Below are positions 9,008 through 17,638 of a stretch of 64,000 nucleotides of DNA, piece by piece (the stretch's first letter is position 1; each line of letters starts with the position of its first letter). The notes beneath the pieces were generated by a model. That model did no database searches. It worked only from the letters and a program-made list of their open reading frames with translations, and was not told where the DNA came from. Origin of the DNA: a virus; the IMG/VR virus record IMGVR_UViG_3300038416_000738; one strand, given 5' to 3'. The position numbers and the translations under genes are program-made.

Positions 9008-9339
9008 GCGTGAAGTCGAAGATGAAGTCGAAGTCGGGGCGCAACGTTCCGAGCGAAGTCACGCGGTCGATCAACTTCCGGGTCCCGAAGTCCTGGGTCG
9101 GCAAGGTCGACGTACTACGAAAATCGAGCCTCGTTCCTGTGGAAGTCTCGCGCACGGCGATGTTTCGTTTCGCGCTGGGTCATGGACTCGAAATGCTCAT
9201 GAAGGGGAAGGGGAAGGGGAAGGGGAAGGGGAAGGGGAAGGGGAAGGGGAAGGGGACGGGCAAGAGCGCGATTCGCCCTGCCCGCTCGAGCAGTTCGCGT
9301 ACGCGGCGAGGTACCACGCGGAAAGCAGCACGAAGATGA
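9004..9339 (+). CDS. ribbon-helix-helix protein with (KG)9 repeat
   Basis: 'SINFRVPKSWVGKVD...RTAMFRFALGHGLEML' RHH-like; hexamer repeat encodes KGKGKG...; ends in ATGA overlap. Confidence 0.5.
   Translation: MSVKSKMKSKSGRNVPSEVTRSINFRVPKSWVGKVDVLRKSSLVPVEVSRTAMFRFALGHGLEMLMKGKGKGKGKGKGKGKGKGTGKSAIRPARSSSSRTRRGTTRKAARR
9202..9255 (+). repeat. (AAGGGG)x9 perfect hexanucleotide tandem repeat inside CDS
   Basis: counted directly; in frame = (Lys-Gly)9. Confidence 0.9.
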
Positions 9340-9557
9340 CAAGTGCGCGTCGAGTCATGGAGAAAAGAGTCCCGTTCTTCGTCGACAAGATCGCAGGCGC
9401 TTTGGGTTCGCTCAAGTGGGGCGTGTATGAGAGGATGGACTTCGGTGGGCAAGGAGAAGGGAAAGGAAAGACTCAGCTCGTCGCGTCATGGAGCAAGCGA
9501 TCCGAAGCCCGCGAGGCCGTGAGGCAGTTGAACAAGGAAGAGCGTGACAGCGGGTGA
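9336..9557 (+). CDS. hypothetical protein
   Basis: ATG in ATGA overlap with previous stop; C-terminal part of 8862..9557 frame with protein-like composition. Confidence 0.4.
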   Translation: MTSARRVMEKRVPFFVDKIAGALGSLKWGVYERMDFGGQGEGKGKTQLVASWSKRSEAREAVRQLNKEERDSG

Positions 9558-9825
9558 AACGCGCGTGAGCAAGGTTACCCTCTCGCCCAGGGCGAACGCC
9601 CGATACCTGATTCTCGAGGTCGAAGGCGACGCTAGCGTGTCGGTCTCGATCTCGAAGGAAGAGGGCCACCAGATCATCGCGCTCGAGATGGACAGCCCCG
9701 AGACATCGTCGTCACTCGGCCTCGCCCTCGTCGGTTGGCTTTCGAGGACGAGCTGGGATGGGGCGAGCGGGTTCGCGGGCAGCGAGCCTGCGAAAGCGCC
9801 GGGAAAGAGAAGGAGGCGCCGGTGA
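9544..9825 (+). CDS. hypothetical protein
   Basis: ORF track; start overlaps previous gene end. Confidence 0.35.
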   Translation: MTAGETRVSKVTLSPRANARYLILEVEGDASVSVSISKEEGHQIIALEMDSPETSSSLGLALVGWLSRTSWDGASGFAGSEPAKAPGKRRRRR

Positions 9826-9853
9826 GCGTGGGGTATCCTTCGGGACAGCGGAC

Positions 9854-10177
9854 ATGACGTGGCGTCCTAACCGGAAGCTGTACCTGTTCCACGTCGAGGA
9901 GTTCGACGCGCGACGCGAGAGTTGGTTTTATTGCGGCATCGTGCTCCTTCCCGACAACGCGACGCGGGGAGAAGTCGCGCACGCGCTCAAGGTCTTCGGG
10001 ATGGCATGCCCGAGGGAATCGGACCGCGTGTCGTGGAGTTACGTCATGCTTCCTGGCCCGGACGGCAAGGGGATGCTCCCGCGGCCGAGGGCGCACGTGC
10101 AGACCGGGGCGGGGGCGCCGATATGCCGGCTCGTGGTGAAGCCGAGCGCCGCGCGCCGCGTGCGTGAGGGCGGTTGA
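9854..10177 (+). CDS. hypothetical protein
   Basis: ATG 9854 in frame with ORF 9758..10177; composition protein-like (W/Y/F-rich). Confidence 0.45.
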   Translation: MTWRPNRKLYLFHVEEFDARRESWFYCGIVLLPDNATRGEVAHALKVFGMACPRESDRVSWSYVMLPGPDGKGMLPRPRAHVQTGAGAPICRLVVKPSAARRVREGG

Positions 10178-10250
10178 GATCGATTCTGCGAGCGGCACTC
10201 TTGACAGAAGAGGTCGTCAGACGAATACCCATTGAGTGGTTCCCAATTTG

Positions 10251-10313
10251 TTTGACGAATGATGACTTGATCTGCTAAGTCATCCTCTGCGTGTGAGAGT
10301 CTGCGTGTGAGAG
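10251..10313 (+). promoter_or_regulatory. promoter/operator region: TTGACG-N18-TAAGTC with 8-bp inverted repeat GATGACTT-N8-AAGTCATC and 13-bp direct repeat x2
   Basis: read directly in 225-bp intergenic gap upstream of the histone-like gene. Confidence 0.4.
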
Positions 10314-10402
10314 GCTCGTTTCCCGGATCGAGGAAGGACCCGCGCCATAGGTGCGCGACGGGTCCTGTTCCGGGGGCGACCGCAAGCGAAAGTGATAAGT
10401 CG

Positions 10403-11212
10403 ATGGGCAGCAAGAAGGTGAAGGTGCACGGCTCGAAGAACACGAAGACCGTTGCGAAAAAGGCGAAGGCCGTTGCGAAAAAGGCGAAGACCGTCGCGAA
10501 GCCGGTCGCGGTCGCGGCGAAGCGGGCGAAGAAGGGTGGAGCGAAGGCGGCTGCAAAGGTCGCCGTGACCGTGGCGCCGGGCTTGAAGACGCCGGGCGCC
10601 GTCGCCGCGACGTTCTCAGCCGAGCGTCCCGGGTACCTGCCGCGCGAGGGATCGCTCCCCGACATGATCTTCCGCCGGCTGATGGACAAGCCCATGCCCT
10701 ACGGCGAGCTTGCCCGGCACCTCGAAGCGGACTCCAAGCTCACGGGCGACGCGCTCACGAGCCAGCTCTCCGCGGCGCTCTACGATCTCTGCAACAAGCG
10801 CGGCGTCCTCGTTCGCGTCGACTACGACACGTTTCAGCCTGTTCCGGCGAGTCGTTCGCGCGGTGCCCTCTACACGGTCGCGGATCGTGCCCGTGCGGGG
10901 TACGAAGCGCGCAGCAAGCTCAGCGCCAAAAGGGGTGCGAGCGTGCCGACTGCCGCAGGGCCTGGACAGCTCGATTTGACGAGCTTCGGGCGCCCGATGA
11001 ACGGTGCCGCGTCGGCTGCGTCGGTTGCATCGGCGGCGACTGCGCAGGTGAGCGATGCGATGCTGATCGTGCTTCCCAAGCCCGAGAAGATGAGCGACGC
11101 GATGTACGCGGAGCTTCGCGCAGCGCGGCAGGCGGCGGCCGACCAGGTCCGTCAGGCGACGGAAGCGATCACTGCGATCGATCGCCTCCTCAAGGTTCCG
11201 AGCTTCTCCTGA
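10403..11212 (+). CDS. histone H1-like lysine/alanine-rich DNA-binding protein
   Basis: N-terminal AKKAKAVAKKAKTVAKPVAVAAKRAKKGGAKAAAK repeats typical of bacterial H1/Hc1-like proteins; globular C-terminal domain. Confidence 0.65.
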   Translation: MGSKKVKVHGSKNTKTVAKKAKAVAKKAKTVAKPVAVAAKRAKKGGAKAAAKVAVTVAPGLKTPGAVAATFSAERPGYLPREGSLPDMIFRRLMDKPMPYGELARHLEADSKLTGDALTSQLSAALYDLCNKRGVLVRVDYDTFQPVPASRSRGALYTVADRARAGYEARSKLSAKRGASVPTAAGPGQLDLTSFGRPMNGAASAASVASAATAQVSDAMLIVLPKPEKMSDAMYAELRAARQAAADQVRQATEAITAIDRLLKVPSFS

Positions 11213-11223
11213 GGGGCAGTTCC

Positions 11224-12804
11224 GTGCTTCGTCCTTCCGTTGAAACCGAACGCCTCTCGACCGTGCAACGCGCCGCGCGGCACGTGCTCGACAAGGTCTC
11301 GCGAGGCGAGTCCGGTTTCGGCTCGATGGAGGTCTTCCCGTCCGACGTGCCGAGGGCGCTCTCGGGATCAACGGAGTACATCTGGCGTGCGCAGCTCGCG
11401 TGGGCCTGGTGGAAGGCGGCCTATCTCTCGTGCAGAATCCTGGGGCGCGGGGTCGGCAAGCATCGGAACTACACGCTCCTGCCTGCGGGTCGCGAAGCGC
11501 TCGAGCGAATCGCGAGCGATCCAGTCCTCGCGTCGTTCTACGTGAAGGCGAAGCGGAACACGGCTTCCGAGAGCTATCCCTCGGATTGGTTTCGGCCCGA
11601 AGCTCTCCGGGCGCCTCCTCCGAAGGAGGAGGACGCGGAAGAGCAGGACGCGGAAGAGGAGGACGCGGAAGAGGAGGACGCTGAAGACGAAACTTCTGTG
11701 GGAGGACAGGAAGAGCAAGGGCCTGCCTCCGAGGACAGGGAGAAGGATAGGAGCACGGGCATCGAGGTCGAACGCGAGCGACGTTGGGATCTCATGATCG
11801 GTGTGCTCGAGAAGGTGAGCACGCAATTCGGTGACTTGAAGACCGAGATCACTTCCCTCAAGGCCGAGGTCAAGGCGCAGTCGGATTTCGTGCTCGAGGT
11901 CGCACAAAGGATCGAGGCTTCGAGCCGGTCGAGCGTGACGAGCGTGCCGAGCGTGACGCGTGAAGATCTCGGGCGCGTCTCGGCAGAAATCGTGCAAGCG
12001 ATCGTTTCGGAGAAGACGAAGCTCCTTCACGTCGGCGCCAATTTTCTCGAATCCATTCGTTCCGTGCATTCGAAGCTCGACGAGGAGGAGCAGCGCCGGC
12101 AGGCGTGGGGCGAGAAGCTCTTGGCGTCGGTCGGCGGGATCGGATCCGAAGTTGCGGTACTCGCGAAGCGCGGAAAATCGCATGAGGAACTCGAAGTCTT
12201 CATCTCGGGACGCATTCAGCAGCTCGCGGACGACCTGAGGGGCGACCAAGAGGATCTTCTCGAGGCGGCTGCCGAGACCTTCGACAAGCGTCTCGGTGCG
12301 CTCGACAAACGTGTGGCCACGGCTGTCGCGAAGACGCCGGACTTGAGCGGCTTCAAGGAGGATCTGGCTGGCTTGAGGGAGGACTTCTCCGGCGTGAGGG
12401 AGGACTTCTCGAGCGTGCGCGAAGACGTGGAGGCGCTGCTCGAGTCGATCGACGAGTTCGATAAGGGCTTCATCTCGAGGCTCGAGGAGTACAAGAAGCA
12501 GGGCTCGGCGACGAACGAGACCTTCGTGCGCGTGACCGAGGGCGTGCAGGACATTCTGCGTGCGACGCGCGCCGTTTGCAGTGCGATGGTAGAGGTCAGC
12601 GTGCAGCGCAGCGCGGCGGCGGGTGCGTCGCCGGAGGAGATTCGCAGGAGGGCCGAGGGCGCGATCGACACCTTGGAGACTGCCTCGAAGGCGATCAAGG
12701 GGCGCGTGTCCTCGCTCGGCGCGGGCATCATCAAGAACACGGCTTTCGATGTGGACGACGGCGACAGCGACGGTGACAAGGGTGCGGAGGAAGAAGAGTC
12801 ATGA
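11224..12804 (+). CDS. large coiled-coil protein with acidic EEDAEE repeats
   Basis: 526 aa; 18-bp imperfect repeats at ~11625-11690 encode (EEDAEE)n; long heptad-like regions. Confidence 0.6.
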   Translation: MLRPSVETERLSTVQRAARHVLDKVSRGESGFGSMEVFPSDVPRALSGSTEYIWRAQLAWAWWKAAYLSCRILGRGVGKHRNYTLLPAGREALERIASDPVLASFYVKAKRNTASESYPSDWFRPEALRAPPPKEEDAEEQDAEEEDAEEEDAEDETSVGGQEEQGPASEDREKDRSTGIEVERERRWDLMIGVLEKVSTQFGDLKTEITSLKAEVKAQSDFVLEVAQRIEASSRSSVTSVPSVTREDLGRVSAEIVQAIVSEKTKLLHVGANFLESIRSVHSKLDEEEQRRQAWGEKLLASVGGIGSEVAVLAKRGKSHEELEVFISGRIQQLADDLRGDQEDLLEAAAETFDKRLGALDKRVATAVAKTPDLSGFKEDLAGLREDFSGVREDFSSVREDVEALLESIDEFDKGFISRLEEYKKQGSATNETFVRVTEGVQDILRATRAVCSAMVEVSVQRSAAAGASPEEIRRRAEGAIDTLETASKAIKGRVSSLGAGIIKNTAFDVDDGDSDGDKGAEEEES

Positions 12805-13670
12805 TGACGCCGATGAAGAAGCTCGCGCTCGCCGAGCGCAAGGAGTACGACGCGGCGAAGCCGGAGGAGCGTAAGGCGTGCGGAAAGGCGGGTATCGGGG
12901 CTTTCATCCACATGCGTCATCCGGACGTGATGGTGAACAACGTGCGGCATCGCTGCCGGCTCCTCGCAGCAGGCGATGCTGCGGACATCTTCTGGGCGCG
13001 TGTCGAGGATGGGATGCCGCTCGTGACGGCCGTCACGCTTTTCGCCGAGTGCGCGCGCGTCTGGCGTGAGAAGAACGGCAAAGGCGAAGGCGTGACCCAG
13101 GACGACGTCATCCGTGAACGGCTCATCCGGTACGACAGCGAGGGCCACATCCGGACAACGGCGGCTGGCAAGGTGTACCGGGCCTCGTCGACCTTCGGGC
13201 GCTCGAAGCGCATCGCGAGCGGCGAGGAGTCGGCCAAGAAGACCCCGTCTGGACGCCACAAGACGATCGTGCGTGAGGCCATCGCTGCTTGGATCGCCTC
13301 GCGTTTGCCGAAGAACGACGAGCGCGCTGCGGCGTGGGCCATGGAGGCGATGCGCGAGGTCGAGCTGCTCCTCACGACGTTCTCGAACCGTTTCTCGAAC
13401 CAGCCGCCCGACAAGAGCGGTCTGAGGAACGCGTGCGACTTACTCGGGATCCCGAGGCCGGTGTGGGGCAGGCCCGCGGACCAGGCCCGTGCACGGAAGA
13501 ACCAGCGCGCGGCGCTGAGGAAGATTCATCCGGACGTGATCGGCGACGACAGCGGGGTCGAAGCGTTCCAGGCCATCAACGACGCCTATGAGGCCATCGT
13601 CGCCTACAACGACAGCCTCGGTAGCAGGAACGGAAATGGGAACGGTAACGGTAACGGAGAGAAGGAGTGA
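12801..13670 (+). CDS. J-domain (DnaJ-like) protein
   Basis: C-terminal 'ARKNQRAALRKIHPDVIGDD...AFQAINDAYEAI' with the invariant HPD tripeptide; (NG)5 tail. Confidence 0.7.
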   Translation: MMTPMKKLALAERKEYDAAKPEERKACGKAGIGAFIHMRHPDVMVNNVRHRCRLLAAGDAADIFWARVEDGMPLVTAVTLFAECARVWREKNGKGEGVTQDDVIRERLIRYDSEGHIRTTAAGKVYRASSTFGRSKRIASGEESAKKTPSGRHKTIVREAIAAWIASRLPKNDERAAAWAMEAMREVELLLTTFSNRFSNQPPDKSGLRNACDLLGIPRPVWGRPADQARARKNQRAALRKIHPDVIGDDSGVEAFQAINDAYEAIVAYNDSLGSRNGNGNGNGNGEKE

Positions 13671-13675
13671 CACGC

Positions 13676-14245
13676 ATGGCTTCCAAGCACGACAAACACG
13701 ACCTCATGAGCATCCTCGAAGAGTGGGAGCCGAGTCCCGACGACACGGGGCTCGCGAGTCGCGGGGCGTCGCTCCTCAACTACGCGGCGGAGCGCAAGCC
13801 CGGCGCGCCGATCCCTTGGCCGATGATGACGAAGAAGATTCTCGGCATCGCGCGGATGCCGAGCGCCGACTCGAAGATCGTGATCGACATGCGCAAGCGC
13901 GCCTCGCAGATCCGTCTCGTGCTCGAGCGCGACTACAAGCGCGGGCTCGACAACATCGCCGGCCTCGGCGTGCGCGCGACGTTCAGCGACGACGACTTCG
14001 CGAACACGACGCTCACGCGCGCCGCCAAGCAGCACGAGCGCTCGGGCCGAAAGCTCATCGAGAAGCGCGCGCTCGTCGACCCGAAGAAGATGAAGAACAA
14101 GAAGTTGAAGACGTGGGTCGAAAATCTCTCGCCGGTGCTCACGTCGCACAACGATCGTTTGCTCAAGCTCCTCTTGCCGCCCGGCGAGGAGAAGGGCGAC
14201 GAGGAAGGCGGCAAAGAAGGCGGCAAGGATGGGTCGAAGAAGTGA
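13676..14245 (+). CDS. hypothetical protein
   Basis: ATG 13676 in ORF 13667..14245; K-rich C-terminus. Confidence 0.5.
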   Translation: MASKHDKHDLMSILEEWEPSPDDTGLASRGASLLNYAAERKPGAPIPWPMMTKKILGIARMPSADSKIVIDMRKRASQIRLVLERDYKRGLDNIAGLGVRATFSDDDFANTTLTRAAKQHERSGRKLIEKRALVDPKKMKNKKLKTWVENLSPVLTSHNDRLLKLLLPPGEEKGDEEGGKEGGKDGSKK

Positions 14246-14253
14246 GCGCGCAG

Positions 14254-14574
14254 ATGAACGCGGATTCGGGTGCGCTTTCGGAGATTGACATGCTCATGAA
14301 GGCGAGGCAGTCGGATCCCAGCCACGCTTTCAAAAGCGAGCTGCGTTCTCTCTTCGACGATTTCAAGGCGAGGGTAGGCCGCGATCCGGACGAGCGCGAG
14401 AGGCAGGCCATCGTGTTCTGGCTCGCCGGCGAGTGGATCTCCATCGCAGCTTTCGCGTGCGGGCGGGTGGATGCGAGCTTCTCGAGCGTCGCGGAGCGCG
14501 TCCGCTCGGAGTTCGAGCGCGGGCTCCGGAAGATGGTAGACGACGGGACAGCGCGAGCCGTGGAGCAGGAATGA
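14254..14574 (+). CDS. hypothetical protein
   Basis: ATG 14254 (alt GTG 14242) in tail of ORF 13588..14574; W/F-containing composition. Confidence 0.45.
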   Translation: MNADSGALSEIDMLMKARQSDPSHAFKSELRSLFDDFKARVGRDPDERERQAIVFWLAGEWISIAAFACGRVDASFSSVAERVRSEFERGLRKMVDDGTARAVEQE

Positions 14575-15392
14575 AGCCTTTTCTTAAATGGGCCGGCGGT
14601 AAGACGAAGCTCGTGCCGACCATCCTCGCGCGCGTTCCCGTGTTCGAGGGCTCGTATCACGAGCCTTTCGTTGGCGGCGGCGCCGTGTTCATGGCGCTCC
14701 ATGCGGCCGGCAAGCTCTCGCGTGCGCACCAGGTGGGCTATGCAGTCCTGAACGACGTGAACGCGGAGCTGATGAACGCGTACGCGGTGGTGCAGGACGG
14801 GGCCACGGACTTCGTGAAGAAGCTCCTCGAGATCAAGCACTCGAAGGAGACGTACTACAAGGTGAGGGCCAAGGAAGAAACGGAGCCGCTCGCGCGCGCT
14901 GTGCGTTTTTGTTACCTCAATAAAACCTGTTTTAACGGCCTCTATCGCGTGAATCGCGCCGGGCACTTCAACGTCCCCATCGGAGACTACAAGAACCCGG
15001 TCATCGTGGAGCCCGACGTCGTCGCCGCATGGCACGCGGCACTCGCGGGCGTGACGCTCCGCTCCGAGGACTTCGAGCCGCGCATCCTCGCCGCGAAGAG
15101 GGGCGACTTCATCTACGTGGACCCGCCGTACCTGCCGCGCTCGAAGACCGCCGACTTCACCTCGTACACGGCGGATCGCTTCGCGCTGAAAGAGCACGAG
15201 CGGCTCGCAGCGGCGCTCGTGACGGCAGACCGTCGCGGCGCGAAGTTCATCGCGAGCCAGGGCGACAGCGAAACGATCCGTGCACTCTACAAAGAGTTCG
15301 GGATCGAGAGCGTCTCGGTGACGCACGCGATCGCCGCGAAAAAAGCGTCGCGTGTGAAGGTCGGCGAGGTTCTGATTTCGAACGTGCGCTGA
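14571..15392 (+). CDS. dam: DNA adenine methyltransferase (Dam/D12-class, GATC-type)
   Basis: N-terminal 'KPFLKWAGGK' SAM motif, 'NKTCFNGLYR', catalytic 'DPPY'; ATG in ATGA overlap. Confidence 0.85.
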   Translation: MKPFLKWAGGKTKLVPTILARVPVFEGSYHEPFVGGGAVFMALHAAGKLSRAHQVGYAVLNDVNAELMNAYAVVQDGATDFVKKLLEIKHSKETYYKVRAKEETEPLARAVRFCYLNKTCFNGLYRVNRAGHFNVPIGDYKNPVIVEPDVVAAWHAALAGVTLRSEDFEPRILAAKRGDFIYVDPPYLPRSKTADFTSYTADRFALKEHERLAAALVTADRRGAKFIASQGDSETIRALYKEFGIESVSVTHAIAAKKASRVKVGEVLISNVR

Positions 15393-15733
15393 TCCGGGTC
15401 GCGACCGGACTGCGACGGAGAAAAATCGTACGTCGAAGTGTCACATCAACTTTCCGAGCGCAACTTTCGGCAAGTACATTTCTGATCGCGCTCATGCATC
15501 ATTGCCGCGTCATGCCGCTCGATTTTTTCGGTTGACCGTCCCGGTCGCAGCCCACTATTGCATCCCGAGTCGAGGCGACTCGACGAGCTGACGCCAGGGC
15601 TAGGTGCCTGGAAGCCGGCAACCTGAAGGAGAAGGTCGAACGAGCGTTCCCTCGTGAGACTGTCCTCCGAAGGAAGATGTCCGTCCGAACGCCGGGGTGC
15701 CGGCGGGGCGGCTCACGGGGAAAGGTGTGCCCG

Positions 15734-16246
15734 ATGGGTGAGATCAGAGAACTGACGATCGCGCAGGCGCTTCGGCGCATCAAAGACATCAAGGGCAAGA
15801 TCGCGAAGCACGCGCAGAACGCCCAGTCGAGCGTGACGCACAAGACGAAGAGCGTGCCCGCGTACGTCTTCTCCACGGAGCTGGAGCTTTCGCAGCAGTT
15901 CGTCTCGGAGATGATCGATCTCCAGACGCGCGTGGCCGTCGCGAACACGAAGGCGACCGTCGACTTTGAGGGCAAGTCGAGGCCGCTCACCTGGTGCACG
16001 AAGAGGCTCGCGGAGCTGAAGGGCGCCATCGCGTGGCACGAGGCCCTGCCCGTCCGCGCGCAGGACAAGACGGTCGAGGAGGAGAGCGTGTGGAACTCGA
16101 AGCTCGCGGACAACGTGAGCGTGGAGGTGGAGTACACGTGCCACTTGCCCGAGGCGAAGAGGGCCGAGAGGGTCGCGGCGCTCCAGGCGAAGTTCGCCGA
16201 GCTGAACGACCTCGTGGAGACGATGAATCACCGCACGCCCGTGTGA
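15734..16246 (+). CDS. hypothetical protein
   Basis: ATG 15734 with GGAAAGG RBS; flanked by two >300-bp non-coding regions. Confidence 0.5.
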   Translation: MGEIRELTIAQALRRIKDIKGKIAKHAQNAQSSVTHKTKSVPAYVFSTELELSQQFVSEMIDLQTRVAVANTKATVDFEGKSRPLTWCTKRLAELKGAIAWHEALPVRAQDKTVEEESVWNSKLADNVSVEVEYTCHLPEAKRAERVAALQAKFAELNDLVETMNHRTPV

Positions 16247-16447
16247 GGGAGGCGGTGGCAAGTTCCGGGGGCGGAAGGTGGAAGAGAGGACGGGCGATAG
16301 GAGCATCAATTCAGGACGGCGCAAGCCTTCCCTCGCCTATTCGGTACGGACACCCGCGGTCAGCGCTCAGACAGTGGCAGCGATGAGCTTCGAGGATTCA
16401 AGGGTGAAGCGTAGAGCGGTGAACAAAGCTCTCGCGCTCGTTTGATC

Positions 16448-16474
16448 GGAAGCCTTCCGCTTCCCGGATTTTTT
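16448..16474 (+). terminator. rho-independent terminator (GGAAGC-cttcc-GCTTCC + T6)
   Basis: perfect 6-bp stem followed 4 nt later by TTTTTT. Confidence 0.5.
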
Positions 16475-16515
16475 AGATTCCTAAAGTTCTGCCTTGGCAC
16501 TTTTGTGCCGGGGTG

Positions 16516-16545
16516 GGTTCGTGGTTCGTGGTTCGTGGTTCGTGG
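16516..16545 (+). repeat. (GGTTCGT)x4 tandem heptamer repeat upstream of RBS
   Basis: counted directly; preceded by GGCAC-tttt-GTGCC hairpin at 16496-16509; 24 nt before ATG 16569. Confidence 0.8.
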
Positions 16546-16568
16546 AAAAAACAACAGGAGCAATTGCT

Positions 16569-17117
16569 ATGGCCAAAGACAACGTGAAGAACGCACCGGC
16601 GCAGGCGCCGGCCGCGGAAGAAGGAATGAGCGAGTGGACGGGCAAGTTCGGCGGCAGCGTCGACGGATGGTGGAGCCCGCCCGAGGAAGCCGGCACGTAC
16701 GTGATGAAGGGCATCCTCGTGAACTTCATCAACAAGGACCGGAGCGACAAGCTCCAGTCGAACTCGCTCGTCTTCGAGCTGCTCGAGGACTGCGAGTTCG
16801 TCAAGAACGGCGGCTCGGAGAAGCTCAAGGGCGCGAAGGGCGACATCGTCAAGGCGCCCAAGGGCACGACCATCGGTGTCCCCGAGTGGAAGCAGCTCGA
16901 AGGCATGTGGCCGAACAAGGCGGGCTTCAAGGCGTACATCACCCACCCGGGTGCGCGCCGCCCGATCGGCAAGGGCCGCTCGATGCTGGAACTCAAGATC
17001 CAGATGTCGAACGGCGCGGTTCGCCACGTCGAGGTCCACGAGGAAGAGGACACGAGCGACGCGGCGGGCGGCGGCATGGCCCCCGAGGAGAAGTTCCAGG
17101 TCGAGACGGCTTCCTGA
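16569..17117 (+). CDS. hypothetical protein (probably highly expressed)
   Basis: AGGAG RBS; own upstream regulatory region and a strong terminator immediately downstream. Confidence 0.6.
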   Translation: MAKDNVKNAPAQAPAAEEGMSEWTGKFGGSVDGWWSPPEEAGTYVMKGILVNFINKDRSDKLQSNSLVFELLEDCEFVKNGGSEKLKGAKGDIVKAPKGTTIGVPEWKQLEGMWPNKAGFKAYITHPGARRPIGKGRSMLELKIQMSNGAVRHVEVHEEEDTSDAAGGGMAPEEKFQVETAS

Positions 17118-17144
17118 GAAGTCAGATCGAGGAACGATGAAGGA

Positions 17145-17183
17145 AGCGGGCGCTGGAAGGAGACTTCGGGCGCCCGCTTTTTT
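17145..17183 (+). terminator. rho-independent terminator
   Basis: perfect 9-bp stem AGCGGGCGC/GCGCCCGCT with 16-nt loop followed by TTTTTT. Confidence 0.7.
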
Positions 17184-17200
17184 CTATGAAGGAGGAGAGA

Positions 17201-17638
17201 ATGAACAAGCTTCGACTTTACATCGCCACCGCCTCGAACCCGCTCGAGGAAGCAGAGCGCAGGATCGCTGACGCGAGGGCCGCAGGGTTCGAGATCACGC
17301 ACGACTGGACCAAGGACGTTCGGAGCGCGGGGAATGCTTCGCCGGATGACCCGAGGATTCGGACGTCTGCCGCGAAGGCCGATCTTCGTGGGGTAGAGAC
17401 GGCCGACGTCGTGTGGCTCATTCAGCCCGAAAACGCGAGCACCGGGGCGTGGGTCGAACTCGGTTACGCCTTGGCGCTGAAGGAGGCCGAAAACTCGAAG
17501 CACGCCGCGAAGCGTCCGAGGATCGTGGTCTCCGGCGCTTCCACGCGCTGCATCTTCGCCGACCTCGCCGACGATCGCTTCACGGATCACGACGACGCTT
17601 TCGTCTTCATCCGCGGGATGCTCGGAGCTTCGACATGA
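17201..17638 (+). CDS. nucleoside 2-deoxyribosyltransferase-like (Rossmann) protein
   Basis: GAAGGAGGAG RBS; 'VWLIQPENASTGAWVELGYALA' matches the G-x-x-x-E-x-G-x-A motif of the NDT/DNPH1-like family. Confidence 0.55.
   Translation: MNKLRLYIATASNPLEEAERRIADARAAGFEITHDWTKDVRSAGNASPDDPRIRTSAAKADLRGVETADVVWLIQPENASTGAWVELGYALALKEAENSKHAAKRPRIVVSGASTRCIFADLADDRFTDHDDAFVFIRGMLGAST

Noticed and set aside
9202-9255. (AAGGGG)9 array as a possible CRISPR or other non-coding repeat
   Set aside because: Perfect head-to-tail hexamers without spacers, in frame within a CDS; not CRISPR.
16491-16509. TTGGCAC-tttt-GTGCC as a sigma54 promoter
   Set aside because: GG-to-GC spacing is 9 not 10; more likely a simple hairpin. 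The 3794 element has correct spacing and was kept instead.
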